NCBI GenBank assembly: GCA_964524845.1
Contig: CAZGFX010000002.1
Span: 157,422-221,421, forward strand
DNA from: an uncultured Gammaproteobacteria bacterium
GTDB lineage: Bacteria > Patescibacteriota > Patescibacteriia > CAZGFX01
DNA length: 64,000 nt
Reading direction: 5' to 3'
Part shown: positions 35,790 through 47,700 of the stretch, piece after piece
Numbering within the stretch: position 1 is the stretch's first letter
How the letters are laid out: each line of letters begins with the position of its first letter
Notes under the pieces: generated by a model
Seen by the model: only the letters and a program-made list of their open reading frames with translations
The model's database searches: none
Told to the model about the DNA's origin: nothing
Position numbers and translations under genes: made by a program

Positions 35790-37832
35790 TTATTCCTTCA
35801 CAATACCCTGCCCTATTATCTTTGGATCTTTTATAAGATTTGTTGAGAGAAGAGCACTTGTTATTGATACCGCCTTTTTCTCTATCATGTCTTCTGCATT
35901 AAGACGTGTAGTTTGCACAAGTGCGAGGCTTTTTCCTACCTCTGTCTCCGCTGGAATAACAGCCACATTAAAACGAGCTTCGTATATTTTTCCATCACCG
36001 GATACTGATCCGACCGCCCAACGAACCTCATGGGTCTGGTCATTATAACTCAAAGAATCTCCAGAAATTACAGAACCCTTCCATAATACATAAGCTGGTA
36101 ATTCAGCATAGACTACCGTTTTTTCAAGTTGATTTGGTTGAGATGATAATTTCCAAACTATCTGATAACCAGTTTCTTGCCCAACAGTAGGTGGAAGCGG
36201 TCCTCCTAATATTGGTTTCTTTTCCGCATTATTATATAACACGTACGAATCAAGAAGTATTTGATTTCCGATTCTGTGCGTAATCATATCACTCGACCGA
36301 ATTGTTATCTCCTCTGGTGTCTCTGTGGTTTTGTTTTCTTCTGTTTCTTTTTGTTGTTTTGATATAGTTGAAATCATTATTGGAAACTTAAGATCCTCAG
36401 ACTTAAAAGAAGACATATCCGATGGTTTTGGTATTATTTTTAATGACCATTGTACCTGAATAACATCATCTGTTTTCATTTCAGCAAGCGCTGGAATTTC
36501 TTTTTGTGACCAGGAAACAGTGCGTTTTTCCTTATCAATAGAGGGCAAAATATCTGATTTAAAAGAAGAAATATCAAATGATTTAGAAATCACCGGTATC
36601 GTTACCAAAACATCCTTTAGAACATTTTGACTCGTGTTTTTTATCACGGCCTTGTATTCTATTATGTCTTCCCAGTCTGTTGTTTGAATATCATCTTCTG
36701 ATCCATTACCTGACAACGTAATCTCAATTGGTGGTTTCACTACAAACAATGTCTTTTTTACTCTTGTGACAATTCTTTCTGTATCTTCTTCCGGTATTGA
36801 TACTAGAATGACAAAATCAACGGCATTAACATTTGTTTGACTTAATGCTCCATTGTAATCTATTTTCATCTCCTCTTCTTGAACAAGTTCGTTAATAATC
36901 CACGAGGAAAGTGCTTCATCATACGAAATACGAGGGTTTTTCGGATCTTTTGAATTTGGTTTCGCAATGGTAAAACCAAATGGTTTTTCGAGTATTACTT
37001 TAACATTTGAAAGCTTTGAGTTTGATGTATTACGAAGTGTAAATGAATAATTGTTTTCTTGTTGAATTACTATTTTGTTGTCCATAACCACATCTACTTT
37101 AACGAGCGCATCTGAAACCTTGATTGTTTTTTCGTTTTTTATTTGAAATTCCGTATTGAAAGCAACTGGTTTATATCCTGTTTGCACACCGAAAACAACA
37201 TCATCACCAACATCTCCGAGAACGATTCCGGACACGATTATTTCTTTTGACGAGCCAACATTAATCTGATCATCCTTAAACGCGAGACGTTTTTTTGTAA
37301 CATCATCAACCGAAGGATCTGTATTTTTTACAATGAAATTATCCGGAACAAACAACTCAGTAAGAACATTGCCTATCTCAACCGATTCTTGGTTTCGAAC
37401 TTTTATTGTAATGGTTACCTCTTTTCCACTAATAACTTCGTCTGGACCGGAAATCGAAAGTTCGACTTTGTTGCCATGCTTAACCTCTGGTGTAAATATA
37501 AAAAATCCTGCCGCAGCTACAATCAAAAGCAAAAAAAGCGCTGTAATCGCAATTGTAAGAAAATCATTAAGTTTGTTTTTCCGACGCGTCATAAGTGTCG
37601 TATAGTCACGAGAAGCACTCCCGTTTTTTTCTTTATATTCATCAATGAACTCGCTCATAAACTCTCCGTTTTGTAACTGAGTGTCTTTTGTTTTTTTCTT
37701 AAATTGTTCGTTTTGTTTCTTTTCTGTGTGTTCTGTTTGTTGCTGTACTGTTTTTTCAGCCGAGGTCCCGCGAACGGGATAAGACTGATTATTTTTTTGT
37801 TGATGTGAAGCTTTTTTTATTATGTCTGACAT
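35790..37832 (-). CDS. large membrane-anchored extracytoplasmic hypothetical protein (680 aa)
   Basis: Basic N-terminal tail, single TM (FLTIAITALFLLLIVAAAGFFIF), long beta-rich ectodomain; 13-nt overlap with recO. Confidence 0.5.
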   Translation of the reverse strand: MSDIIKKASHQQKNNQSYPVRGTSAEKTVQQQTEHTEKKQNEQFKKKTKDTQLQNGEFMSEFIDEYKEKNGSASRDYTTLMTRRKNKLNDFLTIAITALFLLLIVAAAGFFIFTPEVKHGNKVELSISGPDEVISGKEVTITIKVRNQESVEIGNVLTELFVPDNFIVKNTDPSVDDVTKKRLAFKDDQINVGSSKEIIVSGIVLGDVGDDVVFGVQTGYKPVAFNTEFQIKNEKTIKVSDALVKVDVVMDNKIVIQQENNYSFTLRNTSNSKLSNVKVILEKPFGFTIAKPNSKDPKNPRISYDEALSSWIINELVQEEEMKIDYNGALSQTNVNAVDFVILVSIPEEDTERIVTRVKKTLFVVKPPIEITLSGNGSEDDIQTTDWEDIIEYKAVIKNTSQNVLKDVLVTIPVISKSFDISSFKSDILPSIDKEKRTVSWSQKEIPALAEMKTDDVIQVQWSLKIIPKPSDMSSFKSEDLKFPIMISTISKQQKETEENKTTETPEEITIRSSDMITHRIGNQILLDSYVLYNNAEKKPILGGPLPPTVGQETGYQIVWKLSSQPNQLEKTVVYAELPAYVLWKGSVISGDSLSYNDQTHEVRWAVGSVSGDGKIYEARFNVAVIPAETEVGKSLALVQTTRLNAEDMIEKKAVSITSALLSTNLIKDPKIIGQGIVKE

Positions 37833-38596
37833 ACTAATTGAATCATTTCTCTTGTACGCACAGGCCTCTCAAGCCTAAATTGCCAGTATTCTGACAAAAT
37901 ATGATATAAACTCTCCTGCTCTTTATTAGTATACACTAAATTAGCAAAATCCGATAGGTTGGAGTTTTCAGCGATCTTACGTAAATTTTGTATTTCAATT
38001 AGAAGATTTTCTTCCAATATGTATCTCGTATGATGCGATAAACGAATACATTCTGCATGAACGACTCCGCCGTGTGAAGGATGAAACTCGCACATCGATA
38101 CAATCGGTTCGTGACAAACACAACAAAACTCCGTTTCTGGTCGTATACCAAGTATATGAAGTGTCTTAAGATAACACATATTCAGAATTATAAATCCGTC
38201 TCTTATGGGATCAAAAGATGGATTGTCTAATGCTAAAAAAGCATCCTTCATTATATTATATATTTGTTTAGAATGAGTATTATCCTCGTGCATATGAAGA
38301 ACGTTTTCCATAATGTGATATGCCAAATATGTACGCGCAACGCTTGAAACAATATTTTTATACAAACACTTCGTTGATACAGAAACGAGTCTTTCCGATC
38401 CTTTTCCACGAGCAATCATAATATCAACCTCTCGAAATGGTTCGAGAAATGGTCGAAGTTTACTCTTGATGTTTCGAGTTGATTTACTAATAAGCGATTG
38501 AAGTCCTTTTGTTGGACCATATATATGAACAATCGCGTCTTTTTCTCCTACATCGAATCTTCTCAAAACAAATGCATGTGTTCTGTATGTGGACAT
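37820..38596 (-). CDS. recO: DNA repair protein RecO (ATG start at MSTYRTHAF)
   Basis: N-terminal OB fold MSTYRTHAFVLRRFDVGEKDAIVHIYGPTKGL; C-terminal Zn-finger CCVCHEPIV...HAEC. Confidence 0.65.
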   Translation of the reverse strand: MSTYRTHAFVLRRFDVGEKDAIVHIYGPTKGLQSLISKSTRNIKSKLRPFLEPFREVDIMIARGKGSERLVSVSTKCLYKNIVSSVARTYLAYHIMENVLHMHEDNTHSKQIYNIMKDAFLALDNPSFDPIRDGFIILNMCYLKTLHILGIRPETEFCCVCHEPIVSMCEFHPSHGGVVHAECIRLSHHTRYILEENLLIEIQNLRKIAENSNLSDFANLVYTNKEQESLYHILSEYWQFRLERPVRTREMIQLVCQT

Positions 38597-38602
38597 GGGA
38601 AT

Positions 38603-38708
38603 AAAAGTCAAAAGTTAAAAGTCAAAAGTCAAAAGCTTGTACTGAGCGAAGCGAACGTATTAAAGGTTAGAAGTCAAAAGGCAAAAGTCAGAAGTCATAA
38701 GTCAAAAA
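38603..38708. repeat. two blocks of tandem heptanucleotide [A/G][A/T]AAGTC repeats (about 10 units) filling the ileS-recO spacer and abutting the recO ATG
   Basis: AAAAGTCAAAAGTTAAAAGTCAAAAGTCAAAAGC (38603-38636), 32-nt spacer, AGAAGTCAAAAGGCAAAAGTCAGAAGTCATAAGTCAAAAA (38669-38708). On the recO coding strand this reads as iterated TTGACTT (-35-like hexamers). Confidence 0.7.
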
Positions 38709-38724
38709 CAAGAATAACAAAAGA

Positions 38725-41655
38725 TTATGTTTTTTTCACTCTGACAGTACAAACCTCTCCGTTTATATCAAGATCCGATGGATTATCCCCTTCTTCGCCA
38801 AACACAAGAGTTCTCGAACGCGTATCAACCGATAACTCTTTGTTATAAGTTTCTAGTGCTTTCTTTATGTCTTCAGATTTTGTCGAATAATAAATATCAA
38901 CAACATCATGAATTGTAAGGCCTAGTTGTTTTCTATAATCGTTTATTTTGCGTGTTATTTCTCTTGAAATTCCTTTTATTTTAAGCTCTTGTGTAATTTC
39001 AATATCAAGACCAACAATTGTGTTTCCTTCTTGTTTTACGACAACTCCATCTTTCTCTTTAATTGATTCGGCAAAAACAACCCCTTCTACATTAAGTTCA
39101 TCTGCTATTATGTTTCTATACTCATCTGATATTTCTTTTTGCACAAACAATTTAGACAGCGGTTGTCTGATCTTAATTCCGGCATCATTGCGCAAAGCAA
39201 GACCGAGCTCAATTATTCTACGAGCTTCATCCATTGTTTTCTCAACATCTTTTGTTCCTGAAACAACAATTTGAGTTGGCCAAGATTGCATATGAACCGA
39301 CTCAGTATATCCGAGTCTTCGATACATATATTCAGAAACAAAAGGAACGAAAGGTGCCGCGACTTTCGCGAGTTCCGTTAAAATATGTCGAAGTGTTGCA
39401 GAAAATGCTTTCTGATCATCATCCATTATCTTATTACGATCACGTGATCGTCTTATATACCAAGTAGACAAACCGTCCACAAAATCCATTAATGCACGCG
39501 ACGCCTTAAAAATATCATAGGATTCCATATTTACACGAACATCTTCTATCAGGTTGTTTAGTTTAGCAACTATCCATATATCAAGTGGATTTTTCGTACC
39601 GGCAACAACTCCTCCATCTGATTTGTATGTTTCGTAATACACTATTACGTTGAGCCAAAGTAGAAACATTTTCTTTACTATCAAATCAACTCCTTTCTCG
39701 TCAAAATTTTTTGCATCTCCAGGCTGATTCATCGTAAACATATAAAGACGCGTAGCATCAGCTCCGTATTTTTCAAATATTGTCTCCGGATCAATGATAT
39801 TTCCTTTTGATTTTGACATCTTCTTACCGTGTTTATCATTGATGTGTCCGAGACAAATTACATTTTTATATGGACTAGGAAGCCCTAGGAGTGTCGAGAT
39901 GGCTAGAAGAGTATAAAACCAACCACGAGTCTGATCTATGGCCTCACATATATATTCAGCTGGGTATTCTTTTATTTCTTTGCTTTCACCAAATACGTGA
40001 TGATGTTGGGCATATGGCATACCTCCGGAATCAAACCAACAATCCATGACCTCGGGCACACGATGAGCTTCTTTTCCACACGTGTCACATTTAATAATAA
40101 CATCATCAACAAATGGTTTATGAAGATCAAGCGAATCAGAAACAGAAGTCAGTGATTTTTCTTTCAGTGTTTTAACTGAACCCATAACATTAATATGCTT
40201 ATCTTCGCATTCCCACACAGGCAATGGTGTTCCCCAATATCGTTCTCTAGATATTGCCCAATCCTTTACACCCTCTAACCACTCGCCGAATCGACCTTCT
40301 TTTATGTGTTCAGGAATCCAGTTTATTTTTGTGTTTTGTTTAACAAGTTCTCCTGATAACTCGCTCATACGAATAAACCACGATGGTTTCGCATAATAAA
40401 TGAGTGGCGTACCACATCTCCAACAATAAGGATATGTGTGTTTATATGCTTCGTGTTTTAAAAGAAGTCCTCGTGATTCCAAATTGGTTATAAATTCTTT
40501 TTCCAAACCGTCTTCTTTCACAAACCTCTTGTTTATTTGATTAATAAAATCCTTCTGATCATCAGAATCAAATAATTTCAAATCAAAATTTCCTGCTGTA
40601 TCAACAGTGTGATATTCGGGAAGCCCAAACTGTTTTCCAAGTTGATAATCATCTTCTCCATAAACAACAGCCGTATGAACGATGCCTGTTCCATCTGTCG
40701 TAGTAACAAAAGACGCAGGAAGAACAACATAAGACTGTTCGGATCCTTTACAATCAACCGTCTTATACAAAGGATCGTACTTTATTCCGAGTAGATCTTT
40801 TCCACTAAATTCCGACAACACTTCGTATTCCTCGTCTTTTAAAATTGTTTCTATTAAATTTTTTGCAAAAATTAAATTATCGCCATTTTTTAACTGGATT
40901 TTTACATATGTAACATCCTCTCCGACAGCAAGTGCAACATTTCCAGGAAGTGTCCACGGAGTTGTCGTCCATGCGAGTAAAAAGTCTCCCTGTTTAACTT
41001 CGGGTGACAAGCTTGAAAGCACCTTAAACTTCACATAAACTGCCTCATCAAAAACATCTTTATATCCTTGTGCGACCTCATGTGATGAAAGCGTTACCTG
41101 ATCCTTAGGACAATAAGGAACGACTTTGAATCCTTTGTATAAATATCCTTTTTTATTAATTTCAGAAACAATGCTCCACAATGATTCTATATATTCATTC
41201 TCATATGTAATATATGGATGTTCCATATCCACCCAGTATCCCATTCGTTCAGTCATCACTTCCCAATCAGATTTGAACTTCCATACAGATTCTTTACAAA
41301 GTTGATTGAACTTCGCAATGCTTGCACTTTTGTCTCCGAGAACTAGGTTTTCAATATCTTTCTTTCCTGAGATACCAAGTTCTTTCTCAACTGCTATTTC
41401 AACCGGGAGTCCGTGCGTATCCCATCCGGCTTTGCGAATAACTCTATATCCTTGCATCGTCTTGAAACGAAGCATCACATCTTTAAATGCACGAGCAAGC
41501 ACATGATGAATACCAGGTTTACCATTCGCGGTCGGTGGTCCGTCATAAAAAACAAACTCTCCTCGTGGAGAATCTTTCTGATCTGTTTTCTCCAAAGTTT
41601 TCTCTTCCTTCCATATTTTGAGAATGTCTTTTTCTACATCTGAAAATCGTATCAT
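38725..41655 (-). CDS. ileS: isoleucyl-tRNA synthetase
   Basis: 976 aa; HIGH-type PTANGKPGIHHVLARAFKD, KMSKS (GKKMSKSKGN), CP1 editing domain; no C-terminal Zn finger. Confidence 0.93.
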   Translation of the reverse strand: MIRFSDVEKDILKIWKEEKTLEKTDQKDSPRGEFVFYDGPPTANGKPGIHHVLARAFKDVMLRFKTMQGYRVIRKAGWDTHGLPVEIAVEKELGISGKKDIENLVLGDKSASIAKFNQLCKESVWKFKSDWEVMTERMGYWVDMEHPYITYENEYIESLWSIVSEINKKGYLYKGFKVVPYCPKDQVTLSSHEVAQGYKDVFDEAVYVKFKVLSSLSPEVKQGDFLLAWTTTPWTLPGNVALAVGEDVTYVKIQLKNGDNLIFAKNLIETILKDEEYEVLSEFSGKDLLGIKYDPLYKTVDCKGSEQSYVVLPASFVTTTDGTGIVHTAVVYGEDDYQLGKQFGLPEYHTVDTAGNFDLKLFDSDDQKDFINQINKRFVKEDGLEKEFITNLESRGLLLKHEAYKHTYPYCWRCGTPLIYYAKPSWFIRMSELSGELVKQNTKINWIPEHIKEGRFGEWLEGVKDWAISRERYWGTPLPVWECEDKHINVMGSVKTLKEKSLTSVSDSLDLHKPFVDDVIIKCDTCGKEAHRVPEVMDCWFDSGGMPYAQHHHVFGESKEIKEYPAEYICEAIDQTRGWFYTLLAISTLLGLPSPYKNVICLGHINDKHGKKMSKSKGNIIDPETIFEKYGADATRLYMFTMNQPGDAKNFDEKGVDLIVKKMFLLWLNVIVYYETYKSDGGVVAGTKNPLDIWIVAKLNNLIEDVRVNMESYDIFKASRALMDFVDGLSTWYIRRSRDRNKIMDDDQKAFSATLRHILTELAKVAAPFVPFVSEYMYRRLGYTESVHMQSWPTQIVVSGTKDVEKTMDEARRIIELGLALRNDAGIKIRQPLSKLFVQKEISDEYRNIIADELNVEGVVFAESIKEKDGVVVKQEGNTIVGLDIEITQELKIKGISREITRKINDYRKQLGLTIHDVVDIYYSTKSEDIKKALETYNKELSVDTRSRTLVFGEEGDNPSDLDINGEVCTVRVKKT

Positions 41656-41750
41656 AGTGGTTTCAATAACTTTTGTTACGGTAATTATATTACATAAAAA
41701 AAATCATACTGTCACCTCTCTGAACACTTAAAATGACTTATTTTAGCGTT

Positions 41751-44700
41751 TTATTGGTTTTCTACCATACTTACATCTGTTCCCGTTTCGCTCGTAGGAG
41801 TTGTTTCGCCTGATGATGTTGTGGTCACAGGAGTTGAAACAGGTTGATCAACAATAACTGGAGAAGCTGGGGTTTCCGGAATAGGCTCACTTGTTTCTAT
41901 TATCTCCGCAAGCGAATCTGTTGGTGGTGTTGGATTGTTTATATATATTGGTACGTTTGGATTTATCGTATCGCGATTAATCTGATCTGTACCCACTTCG
42001 AATGCGAGCCATGTCACATCAACAAACTTCGCACAACCAGGTTCAGTCGCGACATCACACACGGGCTCTGACATCTCTATATCAAAACCTTCTTCGGTTT
42101 GATTACTTACCCATACGCGTCCTTTCCACGATCTAGCAGTATCAGGATCTTCAAACTTCGGCGTCAATGAAACAAGAACCTCATTTTTTTTCGGTGCGAC
42201 AAATGCAATATGTTGTGTTATTTGATTATATGAAAATCTAACAGACCCTGCCACATCTTTTGAAACAACCGAGAGACCACCTTTCAATTCAAGATTCTTT
42301 TCAAGTGTTACTGCATCCCGTACGACAAGTGTTCCTTGTATTTCAACATTTCCTTTCACGACAAGATCTTTTTCAAATACCGCTTTTTCTTTCACAACAA
42401 GAGCACCCGTCAAAGACATTATTGCAACATCAATTTGTAAACCATCTCCCAAAGACCATTTATTGTATTGAGGATTAATGTCTTCAACAATATTTTGTAC
42501 GTTAGGATCTGGTGTTTGCTGAACATCGCTTGGATCAATATAGACTCCTTGTATATCTCCTGCGCTAGGCTGTACCTGAACATCATCATCGCCTTCGACT
42601 ACTTCTTCGTCATCAAAAACAAGACTTAAACCATATAATTCATCAGTCGTGGCCATTCCAATCCAATATTGCGGTTGAACAAAAACAATAACTGAATTAG
42701 TACTTGGTTCAATACCCGAACTCCATCCGCTCATCGCCTGTCCGACAACGAATCCAGGACCGGTTGCTTTGATAGCATATCCTGGCATATCAGGAGATGA
42801 AGATAGATAATCACCAGTCACAATATCAGCAGAATGATTTATATCAATCTTCACAGGTACTCGACCGACAAGCACGACAAGTTTTGAAGACTGATCGTCA
42901 GAAGTTGTTTCAAGTGTTGTGTTTGGATGTTCCGTAACAACTCCGATAACACTCTTACCAGATGTACGAGTTGCTTTAACAACCGACTCCGAATCAGACG
43001 GATCAATTGAAACCAAATCTCCTTGTTCTATTGATAAATCACCAACTTGATAATACTTAGCGAGATCAAATACTTGTCTATTAAGTTCATTTAAAGCACC
43101 GACAATTGATGTTGATGTGAATGTCCCATCAAGTTTCGTATTTGTATCATCCGCAAGCGCGATTGGTGATTCTGTGTGTGAATCAGCAAGTCCGTTTCCT
43201 ACATTTACGGTATCAGTCACTACTATATTTTTCGCAGTGAGTGTTCCTGCTCCGTTTGTTGAAATCAGCCCTCCGTCTGATGAGAATGATCCGATGGTAA
43301 GCGTACCACCAGAAATTCCGCTAGTTACAGCTAAATTATTGACCGATAGTGTTCCTAGTCCGTTTGATGTAATAAGACCATTATCAGATGAAAATGAGTT
43401 TGTTTTTATTGTGCCTGTTGTAATATTTCCCAAACCATCTGATTGTATTACTCCTCCGTCAGACGAAATTTTTGGCAATGAAAGCGCAAGCGTTCCGTTC
43501 ATAAGAGGATCGAGAATATTTGTTTTTGTTTTTTGCATCTCTTTGAGAAGCAACACGGATAGAATTTCATAATGAACGGAATCTGGGCGACCCTGATTAT
43601 CGAAAAACACAAGCTGAGGAAGAACTTCCGCTGCTTCTTCCGCAATCAAACCAAATGTCCTATTCTCTGGTAGATCAGGAAGCTCGTTTGGCGTATAACT
43701 TACTGGTCTCAAATCAAATATTTTCGATGTATCAGTTTCTATATCTGTAATACTCTTTTTATATCGTCGTGATGATGTATATTTAAATAATTGATTACTA
43801 CCATTTATATGAATAGCAGTACCTGCCGTACCACTCGAAGGAAGTCCATCAAAAGCAACTGTACTACTAGCATAAAAAGATCCTTCTATTTCTGTATAAC
43901 CCAAAAACGAATCTCCATTAACAAAAAAATCATTATCAGCTTCCAATCTTCCACCATAAAAATAGGCATCCCCATCTGAGGTAATAGAAAATCTGTTCAC
44001 ACTGTTTGTTTCTATATTAAAATCATTTGGGCCTGAGTTGGAATAAACTAAAACATTAGTATCGGAAAAAGCTATCTGTGGATCCTCGCTAGTAAGAAAA
44101 AGACTTCTATTCATATCTATGGAAGATCCGATTGTTATATTACTATCATCCGGGTCACCTAATATTAATTCGCGACCACTATATGAGACTGTAAGTGCCG
44201 TACCAGTCCAAGCACCACCATCACCTGACATAGACATTTTAAACTTACTAATATTAGGTGCAGAAGTATCAATACCCATAGAAACAGTATCATCGCCTGA
44301 TTTAAACATTAAAGTAGCATCCCCGGTACCCATTTGTTCTATTTTCAACATTGGTGTTGTTTCGGTACTGTTTTCATATATATGAAAATTTGCACTTGGT
44401 GCATTTGTGCCTAATCCAAATCTAATACTCGTTCCATTATAACCAGTATATCTAATATAAGAGTCTTCAAAATATCCTAATTTCATCTCTAAAGAATCAT
44501 CGTAAATTCCAGATAAATTTACCGATCCATCGCTAGGCATTACTCTAAAAAAACCATAAGAATTATCAAAAGTTGGCGGGTAAGATCCATCATTAAAACC
44601 TATAACAAAATCGTCATAAGATGTCGAACTATCAATACCCATTACATAATGTCCTGATGAAGACGATGTGTCAGAAACAAATCCAATTGCCGGATCTCCT

Positions 44701-47700
44701 GTACCAGCTTGTTGCAACATAAGCATAGGAGTTGTCTGTGTAGAGTTTTCATACAAGTGAAGATTCGTACTTGGAGTAGCAAAACCAAGTCCTATATTTC
44801 CACTCGAATCAATAACAAACCTATCACTTGTTCCAAGTCCTGTCGTGCTTATTTTAAACTTATCACTATCAGAATCATCTACGCCCATGGTAAATGAATT
44901 CGTTCCTTCAGCAAGTTGAAACCCAATCGCAGTATCATAATCACCTGCATTTGTGTTTACAACAAAAACATTTGTGTTTATAGCAGATGAAGATGCTACA
45001 TCAAGCATTGCATCTGGCGACGTATCACCTATACCCATATATCCATTACTGTTTATACGCATTCTTTCATAAAGATCACCATTAAGTGATGTTTGCAATG
45101 AAAAATAACTGTCTCGTGTCGAAGCGGTATCGTTCCACGCACCCTCAGTCCCAACGATAATTCGCGCCGACCCATCAACTCCTGGATCATCCACGGATCC
45201 TGAAAACCACTGATTAAACAAAACTCCTGTCTGTGTATTAGAAGAAGCTTGTCTTGTGTTCGTTATCTCAATAAAATCTGTAAGACCTCCATCAGTTCCC
45301 GTTTGTTCTATATCAAGAAGTGACGATGGTGGATATAATGGATTAGAAAAAGCTCCTACTCCAACAAGTCCGCCACTTGTTACAGATAAACGACGTGTTC
45401 CTGCTGTCGTGAGATCAATGGTATCTGCTCCAGATGAGTATACACCAGTATTTGTATCTCCAACAAAAGATATTGAAGGATTTCCTACTGCACCCAGAGG
45501 ATGATAAGCGTATCCACTTGAATTAACTTGAAACAAATCCCCACTACCGACTGTGAAGAGTGACGCAGGAGACGAATCTCCTATACCAACATATCCTGCA
45601 TTATCAACACGCATAGCTTCAATCATGCTTCCTGTATTTCTTACATTAAAACGCATCGACGAGACACCAGAATTAACACCCGCACTCTCCCAAACAGTAT
45701 CTATACTTCCGGCTTCAAGTCCCATACCATCATTATCCTCAAGATATGTGACAATTCCAGACCCAAGTCCTGTATTATCCATTGATGGACGAGTTACGTT
45801 CATAGTCAGTGTATCAATCACAGTGGCTGTGGTATTTGCTTTTGACAAATGAAGAATACTAGAAGGAGTATTCGTTCCTATTCCTATATTTCCACTCGAA
45901 TCAATTACAAACCTATCGTTTGTACCAAGCGCTGTTGTAGATATTTTAAACTTATCAGAATCAGAATCATCAATACCCATAGTAAAAGTATTTGTTCCAT
46001 CAGCGAGTTCAAAACCTATTTGAGAATCGTAATTTCCTGCATTCGTATTTGAAATTGTAAACTGAGTATTTGCTGCACCTGATGACATAATTTCAAGAAG
46101 TTGATCTGGTGTTATGTCTCCTACACCAACGTTTCCTCCATAAAGAAGTGTCATAACAGTGTTTGAAAGCGTCTGCCCATTAGTTGTGCCAGAAGAAAAA
46201 GCCAGATCGTTTGTATTCTGTTTGTGTATTGTCCAATCACCATATCCTCCTCCTTGATTATCAAATGTCAACCAGTTATATACACTTGAGTTTGCTTGAT
46301 TACTAGAAATAGTAAACTTACTATAAGATGTTGCCGTAGTACCAACACTTATGTTTCCAGAAGAATTAATCGTCATACGATTTGTTCCTCCTGTAGCAAA
46401 ATCTAGGGCATCTGCTCCTGATGAGTATATACCAGTGTTCGGATCACTGACAAAAGACACCGACGGTGTTCCTACTGCTCCGAGAGGATAAAGCGCATAT
46501 CCACTTGAATTAACCTGAAACAAATCTCCATTTCCGACTGTGAGAAGTGATGCTGGTGTCGCATCACCAATACCAACATTTGCGCTTAATATGTTCACAT
46601 AATCTGTCGCTTGATCATCGAATGCTATTCGTCCGGCAATTGATCCAAGACCCAACCAATCATCGTCTGCATTCGCATCAGAAAAAGCATCACCAGAAGT
46701 CATAGAACCAACAGATGTTACATCACCTGTTCCAGCAGATACCCATGTTAAATTTCCACTTCCATCGTTTCGAAGAACTGTATTTGATGAACCCTGAGAA
46801 CCAGGCCACGAGTATGTTACATTATTAACTTTTACGATGTTTCCGGATGAGTTGACTTGAAACAAATCACCATCTCCAACAGTAAATAAAGACGCTGGCG
46901 TTGCGTCACCAACACCAAGGTTTGCGCTCATTATATTTACATAATCGGTGGCCTGATCATCAAACGCAACTCGTCCAGCACTTGCTCCAAGTCCGAGCCA
47001 ATCATCATCAGCATTCGCATCCATAAAAACATCCCCTCCTGTCATAGAACCGACTGTTGTAATATCTCCTGTTCCTGAACCCGTAACCCATGTGAGTGTT
47101 CCGCTTCCATTATTGCTTAATACAGTACCTGCACCTCCTTGTGCTGACGGCCACGAGTATGTAACATTATTAACTTTTACGAGGTTTCCTGATGAGTTTA
47201 CTTGAAATGTATCTCCGCTACCTACTGTAAGAAGAGATGCTGGTGTCGTCTCTCCAATACCGACGTTCGCACTCAAAATATTTACATAATCGGTAGCCTG
47301 ATCATCAAAAGTAATACGTCCAGCAGCTGCTCCAAGTCCAAGCCAATCATCATCAGCATTCGCATCCATAAAAACATCTCCCGATGTCATAGAACCAACC
47401 GTAGTTATATCACCAGTTCCTGAAACGGTAACCCAGGTAAGATTACCACTTCCATCGTTTCTTAAGTATGTGTTTGATGCTCCCTGAGAAGCTGGCCACG
47501 AATATGAAACATTATTTACTTTTACAAGATTACCGTATGAGTTAACTTGAAATAAGTCTCCGTTTCCAACTGTGAAAAGAGATGTCGGTGAAGAATCTCC
47601 TATACCAATATATCCTTCATAACTAATTCTAAAAGCCTCTGACATTGAGCTGTTATTCATGTGATTAAATATTACAGAGGCTTTTTCTCTTGTTTCACGA

